Positions 1-10,181 of a DNA stretch of 64,000 bases are shown piece after piece (position 1 is the first letter of the stretch; each line of letters starts with the position of its first letter). A program made the position numbers and the translations under genes. The stretch spans positions 66,531 to 130,530 of the forward strand of contig JAISAS010000004.1 in NCBI GenBank assembly GCA_031266535.1, written 5' to 3'. This DNA is from Endomicrobium sp. (GTDB lineage: Bacteria > Elusimicrobiota > Endomicrobiia > Endomicrobiales > Endomicrobiaceae). The notes under the pieces were generated by a model. The model was not told the DNA's origin. It saw only the letters and a program-made list of their open reading frames with translations, and did not search any database.

Positions 1-457
1 TGAAATTCGTTCTAGCGATTTAGAATCGAAAGATACTCTTATAGCTGGTGGAAGATATGATAATCTTATCAAAGAACTTGGTGGTCCAAATACTCCTGCA
101 GTTGGATTTGCTTTGGGGTCTCAAAGAGTTTTACTAGTAGCTAAGAAACAAAAATTATTCAGTAATTTAAAAAAAACTGAAAAAATACTTATAGCTATTG
201 CAAATCAAGAGCTTTTTAGCATAGCTTTTTCTTTTGCAATAAAAATGTTAAGAAATGGGTTAAAGGGTGATAAAAATATTTCTGTTTTTTGCCCAAAAAA
301 TACTGAAAATTTAACAAATCAATTAAAATTTGCTGATAAAATAAAGGCTTCAAAAGTAATAATTTTTGCTAAAGATGAATTTAAAAAAGGTAAACTTTTA
401 GTAAAAAATATGCATAATGGCATCCAATCAGAAGATTTTATAAATAATTTTTTTTAA
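1..457 (+). CDS. hisS: Histidine--tRNA ligase, 3' part (truncated by window edge)
   Basis: Reads ...[30 protein letters not shown]... followed by an anticodon-binding domain; stop overlaps the trpS stop by 4 bp. Confidence 0.9.
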   Translation, partial: [151 protein letters not shown]

Positions 458-1428
458 AACTTTAAAATTTTGTGAATTTCTTCCATTGTTTTGTTGGCAG
501 TTTCTGTAGCCTTTTTACGTCCTGTTTTTAAAACTTTTTCTAAATATGCTTTATCTGAGATTAGCCTTTTTCTCTTATCAGTTAAAGGACGCATGAACTC
601 GATGAGCATCTCTATTAGTTGATTTTTACATTTTGTGCAATCTATTATTCCAACTTCACATTTATTTTGTTTGTTTTTATAGTATTTGTCAAAAATTTTA
701 TGAAATTCAAAAACTACGCAATTTTTAAAATGACCAGGATCAGTTTTTTTTATTTTTAAAGGATCTGTAAACATATTCTTGACTTTATATTTTAAAGTAT
801 CACTACTTTCTCCAAGAAAAATTGAATTATTATATGATTTTGACATTTTTCTTCCATCTAATCCCATTATTCTTGGTGTTTTTGTGAAAATTTCTCTAGG
901 TTCAGTAAAATTAGTTCCATAAAAATTGTTAAACCTTTTTGTTATTTTACGTGCTAATTCTAAATGCGAGAGTTGATCTTCTCCTATAGGTATAATGTCA
1001 GCTTTATATAATAATATATCTGCAGATTGTAAGACTGGATATCCTAAAAATCCATAATTATTCAAATTTTTATTTTTAATTTCGTTTATTTGTTTTTTAT
1101 AAGTTGGACATCTTTGAAGCCATCCTAAAGGAGTTATCATAGAAAGTATTAAAAACAGTTCACTGTGTTGCAATATCTCAGATTGCTTAAATAATATACT
1201 TTTCTCTGGATTTATTCCAGCAACAATCCAATCAGCAATTATTTCCAATGTATTTTCATTAATTTTAGAAGTATCAGCATAATCTGTAGTTAAAGCATGC
1301 CAATCTGCAGACATATAATAGCATTCATAATCATGTTGAAGCTTAACCCAATTACACAAAATCCCAAAATAATGCCCCAGATGAAGTCTTCCTGTTGGAC
1401 GCATGCCTGATAGAACTCTTTTACACAT
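454..1428 (-). CDS. trpS: Tryptophan--tRNA ligase
   Basis: SGMRPTGRLHLGH (HIGH), GYPVLQSADIL, GEDQ and KMSKS motifs. Confidence 0.97.
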   Translation of the reverse strand: MCKRVLSGMRPTGRLHLGHYFGILCNWVKLQHDYECYYMSADWHALTTDYADTSKINENTLEIIADWIVAGINPEKSILFKQSEILQHSELFLILSMITPLGWLQRCPTYKKQINEIKNKNLNNYGFLGYPVLQSADILLYKADIIPIGEDQLSHLELARKITKRFNNFYGTNFTEPREIFTKTPRIMGLDGRKMSKSYNNSIFLGESSDTLKYKVKNMFTDPLKIKKTDPGHFKNCVVFEFHKIFDKYYKNKQNKCEVGIIDCTKCKNQLIEMLIEFMRPLTDKRKRLISDKAYLEKVLKTGRKKATETANKTMEEIHKILKF

Positions 1429-1928
1429 AAAATTCTAAAAACCTTTCTTATCTTAATTGTTTTATTTTAAAATACTTTGAGTTTAATTATATTTAAATCT
1501 AAATTATTTTTAAAATAAGCTTTTATCTTTAATGACATACTTAATTTTATAATATTATGGCAAAAGCTAACAAATTATCTACATTGTACATTAATATATG
1601 ACAAATATGTATGAATAGATAAAAATTCATAAAAATAATTTATTATTATTTAAGGTTAAGATTTACAATTCAAAAATCTAAAATTTACTTTAGTTTTTTT
1701 ATATATTTTTATATAAAATAGTAAAATATTGAATTTGAGTTATATATTTTATAGAATTAAATTAATGTTCAGTGAATATAAAACTTTAGTTAATAGTGAA
1801 GTTATTTGGGTTGTTTATGGATGTAAATAAAAAGACAAATCATTTTGATTTATGCAGTAAAATTTTATGCAATAAAAATATAGTGATCCATATGTAAGCA
1901 TAGAGATATAACAAACAAAGTATTAGGA

Positions 1929-2726
1929 GTGTATTCTATAATGGAAAATAGTAATTTTTCTGATGATTGTGAGATAAAACTAAAAACAAAAAAATCTCTT
2001 AAAATATGTAAAATTTTAAAATATTATAAAGAATTGGATTCAACTCAGATTGCTGCAAAAAAATTAGCAAATGAAAATTTTGAAGAAGGAATTATTATCG
2101 TCGCAGAGGAACAGAATAAAGGTTATGGAAGAACTGAAAAAATATGGAATTCAAATTCTGGAGGTTTGTGGTTCTCTATGCTTTTAAGACCTACAATACA
2201 CCCAAGTGAATCATCAAAATTAGCTTTAATATTAAGTATAGCTTTAAATAGAATTCTTGAAAAAAAATATAAAATTCATTCTGAAATAAAATGGCCAAAT
2301 GATATTTTAATACGTGAAAAAAAAATTGCTGGAATAATAATAGAAATGTCTACCAAACGAAATATTATAAATTGGATTGTTGCTGGAATAGGTATAAATA
2401 TTAATAATAATTTACCAGAATATTTAGTTGATACTGCAATTTCTTTAAATAAAATTTTGAATGCAAAAGTAGATAGATCATATTTCTTATCTGAATTTTT
2501 AATAATATTTGAAGATTTATATTTTGATTTTCAGAAAAATGGATTTAAGCAATTTTTTACAGAATATAATGATAAAATTGCTTATAAAAATAAGCAAATA
2601 ATTGTTGATGATGGATACAACACAATAATAGGAAAAAATCTTGGAATTGATATAGACGGAATGCTTATCGTAAGAACAGATAATAAACTTGAACGTATAA
2701 CATCAGGGACAGTGAGATTATTGTAA
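1929..2726 (+). CDS. birA: Biotin--[acetyl-CoA-carboxylase] ligase (no intact HTH domain)
   Basis: STQ, AEEQNKGYGR, IKWPNDI, KKIAGII and GIGININ motifs; start uncertain. Confidence 0.92.
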   Translation: MYSIMENSNFSDDCEIKLKTKKSLKICKILKYYKELDSTQIAAKKLANENFEEGIIIVAEEQNKGYGRTEKIWNSNSGGLWFSMLLRPTIHPSESSKLALILSIALNRILEKKYKIHSEIKWPNDILIREKKIAGIIIEMSTKRNIINWIVAGIGININNNLPEYLVDTAISLNKILNAKVDRSYFLSEFLIIFEDLYFDFQKNGFKQFFTEYNDKIAYKNKQIIVDDGYNTIIGKNLGIDIDGMLIVRTDNKLERITSGTVRLL

Positions 2727-2730
2727 AACT

Positions 2731-2759
2731 TTGATAAATACTCGTATTTATCATATACT
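2731..2759 (+). promoter_or_regulatory. sigma70-type promoter with an embedded 22-bp palindrome upstream of ybaB
   Basis: TTGATA(2731-36)-17 bp-TATACT(2754-59); TGATAAATAC-TC-GTATTTATCA inverted repeat at 2732-2753. Confidence 0.6.
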
Positions 2760-2858
2760 ACTTACAGAAAGACGTTTTTACGTTTTGTTCGTTACATTTA
2801 TTGTATACAAATAGTTGAAGTTGATGAATAGAAAAATAAATAAGGAGGTCGTCGTAGA

Positions 2859-3137
2859 GTGGAATTATTCAAAATGGTAAAAAAAGCAATGGCTATGAAA
2901 GGCAAATTAAATGAAATAGATAATAAATTAAAAAAACAAATTATAAATGTTGAATATAAATGTGTAAAAATACAAGTTAATGCTAAAAATGAATTTTTAA
3001 GCTTAAACATTCCGGAAAGTTTACTTCATGAAAGAAAGGACAAAATAGAAAAAACCATATTATATGCTTTTGAAGAAGCAAGGCAAAAAGCACAAAATAT
3101 TATGGCAGAAGAAGCAAAAAATTTGATGTTGAAATAA
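2859..3137 (+). CDS. ybaB: YbaB/EbfC family nucleoid-associated protein
   Basis: MELFKMVKKA...VKIQVNA...IEKTILYAFEEA pattern, size, strong AGGAGG RBS. Confidence 0.8.
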   Translation: MELFKMVKKAMAMKGKLNEIDNKLKKQIINVEYKCVKIQVNAKNEFLSLNIPESLLHERKDKIEKTILYAFEEARQKAQNIMAEEAKNLMLK

Positions 3138-3247
3138 AAATTTCATAATTACTATTATTGTAAAAAAATTTTAATTAATTTATAAAAATGATGATTTAGC
3201 TGTTTTTGATTATGATGGGTATTTTTTATATGAGTTAAAAAATAAAT

Positions 3248-3943
3248 ATGAAAAATAATTTGGTACCAATTAATTTTTTAAAAACACCAACTGATAATTC
3301 TTCTACAATTAGTGATTTAAAAAAATTTTGGAAAATAATTCTACCTCTTATTTTGCATAGAGAGCAACACTTCGAAGAGATATGGAAAAATGCTACAGAA
3401 GAAGAAATATTTGCAGAACTTGTATTTTGTATCTTTACTCCACAAAGTAAATCTGTGATATGCTGGAACGCAGTAATCGATCTTGTACGCAGAAATATGA
3501 TATTTTGTCAAAAAGATGTGGAGATAGCTAAAGTAATAAATAAAGTAAGATTTAGAAATAACAAAGCAAAGTATGTTGTTGAAGCAAGAAAATTTTTTAC
3601 TATTAATGATAACATAAAAATAAGAAAAAAACTTACTTCTTTTAAAAATGTATATTACTTAAGAGATTGGATTGTACAAAATATCAAAGGAATTGGATAT
3701 AAAGAAGCTGGACATTTTTTAAGGAATATATCTATAGCAAAAGATTTCGCAATTTTAGATAGACATATATTGAAAAATCTTTATATTTATAAAATAATAA
3801 ATAAAATACCACAAACATTGAATGTAAAAACGTATTTAGAGATAGAAAAAAAGATGCAAAATTTTGCTAAAAACATAAAAATTCCTATGGCTCATCTAGA
3901 CATGTTATTTTGGTGTAAAAAAACAGGAGGAATTTTTAAATAA
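3248..3943 (+). CDS. ogg: N-glycosylase/DNA lyase (8-oxoguanine glycosylase, Ogg2-type)
   Basis: ELVFCIFTPQS, VRFRNNKAKY, HhH motif KGIGYKEAGHFLRN, AILDRHIL, C-terminal IFK. Confidence 0.9.
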   Translation: MKNNLVPINFLKTPTDNSSTISDLKKFWKIILPLILHREQHFEEIWKNATEEEIFAELVFCIFTPQSKSVICWNAVIDLVRRNMIFCQKDVEIAKVINKVRFRNNKAKYVVEARKFFTINDNIKIRKKLTSFKNVYYLRDWIVQNIKGIGYKEAGHFLRNISIAKDFAILDRHILKNLYIYKIINKIPQTLNVKTYLEIEKKMQNFAKNIKIPMAHLDMLFWCKKTGGIFK

Positions 3944-4096
3944 ATTTATTTTTTTATAAACTTAAAACTCTATTTATAAAAAATTATGCTTCAGAGTTTT
4001 TAATGTAATAAGTGATTTCTTTTTTTGTTTATAATGTGCATTTTATATTTGCTTTTTATTCTTCAGTTTATAACAACTTTTACTAAGGAGATAAAG

Positions 4097-4600
4097 ATGG
4101 ATATTTTGCTTGATAGAAGAAGTATTCGAAAGTATACAGGAGATGATGTTAAACAAGAGGATTTAAATTATATTTTACATGCAGCTATGTCCGCGCCTAC
4201 AGCAAAAAACACAAAATGCTATTCATTTGTAGTTATAAAAAATAAAAATATGCACAAAAAAATTGCAAAAATACATAAATACGCACAAATGATTTTAGAA
4301 GCTCCAGTAGCAATTTTAGTTGTAGGCGATCAGAATATTGTTTATAAGGGATATTTACCTCAGGATTGTGCAGCAGCTACACAGAATATTCTTCTTGCAG
4401 CAACAGCAAAAGGTTACGGAGCAGTTTGGTGTGGCATTTATTCAAATAAAGAAAGATCAAAAAATATAGAGAAACTTTTTAAGCTTCCTAAAAATATAAA
4501 AGCTTTTTCTATAGTCATTATCGGAAAATCTGATGATAGTAGCATACATGTAAAAAATAATTGGCAAATTGAAAAAATTAAATACGAAATTTGGAAATAA
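4097..4600 (+). CDS. Nitroreductase family protein
   Basis: RRSIRKY, AAMSAPTAKN, QDCAAATQNILLAA, GAVWCG; ATG at 4097 follows AAGGAG. Confidence 0.9.
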   Translation: MDILLDRRSIRKYTGDDVKQEDLNYILHAAMSAPTAKNTKCYSFVVIKNKNMHKKIAKIHKYAQMILEAPVAILVVGDQNIVYKGYLPQDCAAATQNILLAATAKGYGAVWCGIYSNKERSKNIEKLFKLPKNIKAFSIVIIGKSDDSSIHVKNNWQIEKIKYEIWK

Positions 4601-6271
4601 ATGATAAAACAACGTATAACAAAAAGTTTAAAAAACTTAATTTCTAAATATTTAAAAACTTTAAAAATAACAGGTGATTTATGTTTTTGTATTGAAACTC
4701 CACCTAAAAATATTAATGCAGATTTTTCTTTTAATTGTGCAATGCTTATAGCAAAAAAAATTAACGTAAATCCAAAAATTATTGCTACGGAAATTATAGA
4801 TCTTATTACTAAAAATATTCCAGAACTTATAGAAAGTGCTAGTATGGCGGGACCAGGTTTTATTAATTTAATTGTTAAAAATCAAATATTTTATGAAGAA
4901 CTTGAAATAATTCTTAAGAAAAAAGATAAATATGGAAAATTTTCTAAAAATAATAAAGAAAAAATTATAATAGAATTCGTATCTGCAAATCCTACAGGAC
5001 CTTTACATATAGGTCATGGACGTGGAGCTGCAATAGGAGATTCTCTAGCTAGAATATTAAAATATCTAGGTTACAATGTAACAAAAGAATATTATTTAAA
5101 TGATTTTGGAAATCAAATATTTATTTTGGCAAAATCTGTTGAAATTCGTTACAGACAACTTAAAGGTGAAAAAATTGAATTATCCAAAAATCATTATCAA
5201 GGAAAATATATTATTAATATTGCAAAAAATTTAATTAATGGATGTAAAGATTTTAACAAAATAGATTTTAAACATGAAGCTGTAAAATATATTCTGCAAA
5301 CAATAAAAAATGACTTAAAAAACTTTGACGTGAAATTTGATAATTGGTTTTCAGAAAAAAACATAGCTACTACTAAAGATAAAAACGATAAAACTGAAAT
5401 TGATAAAGTATGCGAATATTTACTTTTAAAAGATAATGCTTATAAAAAAGATGGCGCTATGTGGCTTGCTTCTTCTAAATTTGGTGATGAAAAAGATAGA
5501 GTTTTAAAAAGAAGTGATGGAAGATACACTTATCTTGCTTCAGATGTAGCATATCATAAAAATAAATTTAAAAGAGGTTTCTCAAGACTTATAAATTTTT
5601 GGGGAGCAGATCATCATGGTTATATCCCTAGAATAAAAGCATGTGTCCAAATGTTAGGCTTTGACGAAAAAGCATTAAATATTATTCTTTATCAGCTTGT
5701 TTCATTCATAAAATATAATAATCATATAAGCCAATCTTCAACTATGTCAACACGTGCAGGAGAATTTGTAACATTAAAAGAAGTTTTGAAAGAGGTTGGA
5801 AAAGATACATGCAGATTTTTCTTTTTATTACGTGCTCCAAATTCACAACTCGAATTTGATTTAGAACTTGCTAAAAAAAAATCTGTTAAAAATCCTGTTT
5901 TTTACGTGCAATATGTTAATGCTCGATGTAAATCTATTATTAAAGAAAGTAATAATAGAAACAATTTAGTCAAAAATATTAAAAATATAAACTTTAATTT
6001 ACTGAATACAGAAGAAGAAAGAAATCTAATAAAACAACTTACAACATTTTATGATACTCTACGTATGTCTGAAAAAACTATGAGCCCTCATTATGTTGCG
6101 CTGTATTTAATAGAACTTGCAGATAAATATCACAAATTTTATGAGAAATGTCGAGTTTTAAGCAACGATATAAATCTCACATCAGCAAGATTAAAACTTG
6201 TTGAGTGTGTTATGATTATAATTAAAAATGGATTAAATCTCATTGGTGTTTCTGCCCCTGATAAAATGTAA
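4601..6271 (+). CDS. argS: Arginine--tRNA ligase
   Basis: EFVSANPTGPLHIGHGR, WGADHHGY, MSTRAG, NPVFYVQY, C-terminal APDKM. Confidence 0.97.
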   Translation: MIKQRITKSLKNLISKYLKTLKITGDLCFCIETPPKNINADFSFNCAMLIAKKINVNPKIIATEIIDLITKNIPELIESASMAGPGFINLIVKNQIFYEELEIILKKKDKYGKFSKNNKEKIIIEFVSANPTGPLHIGHGRGAAIGDSLARILKYLGYNVTKEYYLNDFGNQIFILAKSVEIRYRQLKGEKIELSKNHYQGKYIINIAKNLINGCKDFNKIDFKHEAVKYILQTIKNDLKNFDVKFDNWFSEKNIATTKDKNDKTEIDKVCEYLLLKDNAYKKDGAMWLASSKFGDEKDRVLKRSDGRYTYLASDVAYHKNKFKRGFSRLINFWGADHHGYIPRIKACVQMLGFDEKALNIILYQLVSFIKYNNHISQSSTMSTRAGEFVTLKEVLKEVGKDTCRFFFLLRAPNSQLEFDLELAKKKSVKNPVFYVQYVNARCKSIIKESNNRNNLVKNIKNINFNLLNTEEERNLIKQLTTFYDTLRMSEKTMSPHYVALYLIELADKYHKFYEKCRVLSNDINLTSARLKLVECVMIIIKNGLNLIGVSAPDKM

Positions 6272-6424
6272 ATACATAAATCCTTTAATTTCTGAAAAAA
6301 GTAAAAAATATTATTTATAATACTAAATTGCATTTTTTAGTTATTCGAAAATGAATTCACTGTGTTTGTAGTTTTTATGACTATGTTCCATCAAAAACTT
6401 GTTATCTATTATATCTTTTAACAC

Positions 6425-6453
6425 TTGACATAAATAAATGTTAGTGCTACAAT
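6425..6453 (+). promoter_or_regulatory. sigma70 promoter of the hrcA-grpE-dnaK-dnaJ operon
   Basis: TTGACA(6425-30)-17 bp-TACAAT(6448-53), with an extended -10 TG. Confidence 0.8.
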
Positions 6454-6455
6454 TG

Positions 6456-6482
6456 CTAGCACTGTGATATTGTAAGTGCCAA
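6456..6482 (+). promoter_or_regulatory. CIRCE element (HrcA operator)
   Basis: CTAGCACTG-N9-AAGTGCCAA versus consensus TTAGCACTC-N9-GAGTGCTAA, just downstream of the -10 and upstream of hrcA. Confidence 0.85.
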
Positions 6483-6519
6483 GATAAGTTAATTTTTAAA
6501 ATTATTATTTTGAGGTAGA

Positions 6520-7590
6520 ATGAGATATATAGCGTTGAAAGTTTTAAAAGAAAGAAAAGCTAAAATATTGAATACTATAGTGTGTCACTATATCAAAACA
6601 GGGAAACCTGTTGGTTCTAATGTTTTGATAGAAAAATATGATATCTCATCATCATCAGCTGCTGTTAGAAATTTAATGGCAGAACTTGAGGAAGATGGAT
6701 ATTTGACGCATCCATATACATCAGCTGGACGTATTCCTACTGATAAAGGATATAGGGCCTATGTAGATAATCTTGTCAAACTTCAAAGTTTTACCATCAA
6801 AAAAGAAGAAAAATTAAAAAAATATAATCAAAAGCATAAAGAAATAGAATTATTTCTTTTGGAAACATCTCGTATTTTATCTGATTTATCCAAATATACT
6901 GGCTTTGTCATGACACCTAGATCACAGTATGATAACATAAAAAACATTGAACTTATGCCTATTTCAAATGAAGAAATTTTGATTGTTTTCATTACTCAAA
7001 GTGGTATGATAAAACATAAAAAAATAGAATCTTCACTTTCTAAAGAACAGTTGAAAAGATTAAAATGTTTTTTAAATAAAAAATTACGAGGTGTATCAGT
7101 TGCAAAGGCAAACACCATAATTAATGTAGAGATAAAGGATTTCAGGCAAAATGAAGATGAAATATCGAAAGTAGCAGAAAAAATAAGTTATGTTTTTTAT
7201 AATATACAAGATGATATCTATATAGATGGTACATCAAATGTAATTACTATCTCGAATTTTGATAATTTTGAGTCAATAAGATCAATTATAAAATTTAATG
7301 AAGACAAAGAAAAATTTATAGAAATCATAAACAAAAATTTTAACAATAGTGGAATAAATGTGAAAATAGGTTCTGAAAATACGCTTGATGAACTTAAGGA
7401 TTTGAGTATTATAACAACAGTTTATAAAAATGATGATCGCGCTGTAGGTATTTTAGGAATTATTGGTCCAAAACGAATGGAATATGAAAAGGTAATGTCC
7501 CTTGTAAATCGTACTTCTGAAATGTTAAATAAATTTTTTAAAAATAAAAAAAATAATTTTGGAGGTCAATTTGGAAAACATAAAGAATAA
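6520..7590 (+). CDS. hrcA: Heat-inducible transcription repressor
   Basis: [53 protein letters not shown]. Confidence 0.96.
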   Translation: [356 protein letters not shown]

Positions 7591-8128
7591 AATTGAGAAT
7601 GAGGAACAAGACTGTAATTGTAATAATGCTAAAGATGATGGAATTACTGAGAATGAAATTTTAAAACAATCCATTGAAGAAAAAGATAGGCAAACACAGG
7701 ATTATTATGACCAACTTTTAAGACTTAAAGCCGATTTTGAAAATTATAGAAAACGTTCTGAAAAAGAAAAAATAGATTATTTGGAATGGGGGAAAGAGAA
7801 AATTCTTCTTAAACAACTTTTTATTTATGATATTTTAGAGCAAGCTTTGAAAAGTGCCAAAAAAACTAATAATTTAGAAAGTATAATAATTGGTATTGAA
7901 ATGATAGGTAAAGAGTTCTCAAAAATGTTAAAAGAAGAAGGAGTTGAAGAAATACAATGCGAAAAGTTTGATCCAAATACATGCGAAGCGTTAGAGCAAG
8001 TTGAAGTTGAAGACGAAGTTGAAGAGGGGAGAATTTTAGAAACTTATCAAAAAGGTTATAGAATTAACGGTAATCTTATAAGAACAGCCAAAGTTAAAGT
8101 AGCAAAAAGTATAAAAAATAAAATATAG
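7571..8128 (+). CDS. grpE: Nucleotide exchange factor GrpE
   Basis: LRLKADFENYRKR, FDPN, QKGY...IRTAKVKV; TTG start at 7571 after GGAGG. Confidence 0.95.
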   Translation: MENIKNKIENEEQDCNCNNAKDDGITENEILKQSIEEKDRQTQDYYDQLLRLKADFENYRKRSEKEKIDYLEWGKEKILLKQLFIYDILEQALKSAKKTNNLESIIIGIEMIGKEFSKMLKEEGVEEIQCEKFDPNTCEALEQVEVEDEVEEGRILETYQKGYRINGNLIRTAKVKVAKSIKNKI

Positions 8129-8187
8129 TTTTTATATTTTCGTAAATACACAATAAAACAAATAATAAAAATACGGAGGGAGGAGCT

Positions 8188-10068
8188 ATGACAAAAATTA
8201 TCGGTATAGATCTTGGAACATCAAATTCTGCTGCTGCTATTATGGAAGGTGGAAAAACTACTCTTATTCCTTCAGCTGAAGGAACAACATTAGGAGGAAA
8301 AGCATTTCCATCATATGTTGCGTTTACAAAAGATGGACAACTTTTAGTTGGTGAACCTGCAAGAAGACAAGCAGTCACAAATCCTGAAGGAACAATAAGT
8401 GCTTTTAAAAGAAAGATGGGAGCTGATTATAAATATAAATTAGGAGATAAAGAATTCACTCCCCAGCAACTTTCAGCATTTATTTTGCAGAAAATTAAAA
8501 AAGATGTAGAAGCTTATTTAGGCGAAATAATAACAAAAGCCGTTATTACCGTTCCAGCATACTTTAATGATAATCAAAGACAAGCTACAAAAGATGCAGG
8601 TGCAATTGCAGGACTTGAAGTCATTAGACTTGTAAATGAACCTACAGCAGCAGCACTTGCTTATGGAATAGATAAAGTTGGAAAAGAACAAAAAATATTA
8701 GTTTTTGATCTTGGTGGCGGTACTTTGGATGTAACTATTATGGAAATGGGAGCTGAAGGAACTTTTGAAGTTCTTTCAACTTCAGGTGATACACAACTTG
8801 GTGGAACAGATATGGATAATGCTTTAATTAATTATATAGCTGAAGATTTTAAAAAGATAAATGGAATAGATTTGAGAAAAGATAAGATGGCGATTCAACG
8901 TTTAAAAGAAGCTTCTGAAAAAGCAAAAATAGAACTATCTAATGTTTTAGAAACTGATATTAATCTTCCATTTATTACAGCTGATGCTTCTGGTCCAAAA
9001 CATCTTACTATGAAATTTACCAGAGCAACTCTCGAAAATCTTGTAAGACCAATAGTTGAGAGATGTAAGGCATCAATTGATCAAGCAATAAAAGATGCAA
9101 AACTTACGGCTGAAACAGTTACAAAGATAATTTTAGTTGGTGGACCAACAAGAATGCCTATTGTACAAAAATTTGTTGAAGATTATATAGGAAAAAAAGT
9201 AGAACGTGGAATAGATCCTATGGAATGTGTATGTTTTGGGGCAGCAGTCCAAGCAGCGGTGCTAACAGGAGATGTAAAAGATATTCTTCTTTTAGATGTT
9301 ACTCCTCTTACTTTAGGACTTGAGACCATGGGTGGAGTAAGAACTATTTTAATTGATAGAAATACAACAATTCCCGCAAAACGTTCTCAAATATTTTCAA
9401 CAGCAACAGATAATCAACCAAGCGTCGAAATTAACGTACTTCAAGGTGAAAGACCTATGGCAAAAGATAATTTATCACTTGGTAGATTTATGCTTGATGG
9501 AATACCTTCTGCACCAAGGGGTATACCTCAAATCGAGGTTACATTCGATATAGATGCTAATGGAATTTTACACGTTTCAGCAAAAGATAAAGGAACAGGT
9601 AAAGAACAGTCTATAAAAATATCATCATCAACAAAATTATCAAAAAATGATATAGACAAATATGTAAAGGAAGCAGAACAGTATGCCTCCGAAGATACAA
9701 AACGCAAAGAAGAAATTGAAATAAGAAACGAAGCAGATAATCTCGTTTATTCAGTTGAAAAGAGTTTAAAAGATCATGGAGATAAAATTTCATCAGATGA
9801 AAAACTTTCTATAGAACAAGCATTAGCTTCTACAAAGGAATCGTTAAAAGGAAATGATGCAATAGCAATTAAGTCAACAAAAGAAACATTAATAACAGCA
9901 TCACATAAGCTTGCTGAAGCTGTATATAAAGCTTCTCAAACACAAAAAAATACTACTCAAGCACATCATGATGATGGTAGTAATGATAGTGCTACGCAAC
10001 AAAATAATAGTAATGAAAAAGTTGTTGATGCAGAGGTTGTAGATGGAGATGATGATAAGAGTAATTAA
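8188..10068 (+). CDS. dnaK: Chaperone DnaK (Hsp70)
   Basis: [48 protein letters not shown]. Confidence 0.99.
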   Translation: MTKIIGIDLGTSNSAAAIMEGGKTTLIPSAEGTTLGGKAFPSYVAFTKDGQLLVGEPARRQAVTNPEGTISAFKRKMGADYKYKLGDKEFTPQQLSAFILQKIKKDVEAYLGEIITKAVITVPAYFNDNQRQATKDAGAIAGLEVIRLVNEPTAAALAYGIDKVGKEQKILVFDLGGGTLDVTIMEMGAEGTFEVLSTSGDTQLGGTDMDNALINYIAEDFKKINGIDLRKDKMAIQRLKEASEKAKIELSNVLETDINLPFITADASGPKHLTMKFTRATLENLVRPIVERCKASIDQAIKDAKLTAETVTKIILVGGPTRMPIVQKFVEDYIGKKVERGIDPMECVCFGAAVQAAVLTGDVKDILLLDVTPLTLGLETMGGVRTILIDRNTTIPAKRSQIFSTATDNQPSVEINVLQGERPMAKDNLSLGRFMLDGIPSAPRGIPQIEVTFDIDANGILHVSAKDKGTGKEQSIKISSSTKLSKNDIDKYVKEAEQYASEDTKRKEEIEIRNEADNLVYSVEKSLKDHGDKISSDEKLSIEQALASTKESLKGNDAIAIKSTKETLITASHKLAEAVYKASQTQKNTTQAHHDDGSNDSATQQNNSNEKVVDAEVVDGDDDKSN

Positions 10069-10088
10069 ATGTTTATAAAATTTATTTA

Positions 10089-10125
10089 TGTGTCGGCAAA
10101 AATTATTACTGTTTTTGTCGACACA
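10089..10125 (+). terminator. Stem-loop after dnaK (terminator or mRNA-stabilising hairpin)
   Basis: TGTGTCGGCAAAAA-loop-TTTTTGTCGACACA inverted repeat followed by T-rich sequence. Confidence 0.55.
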
Positions 10126-10181
10126 AGTGTTTGTTTTTAAATTTATTAAGTATATTGTCTTATAATAAGGAACAAAATAAA

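Noticed and set aside
3181-3250. HAD-like peptide LAVFDYDG between ybaB and ogg
   Set aside because: Only about 25 codons, bounded by stops and with no start; indistinguishable from chance
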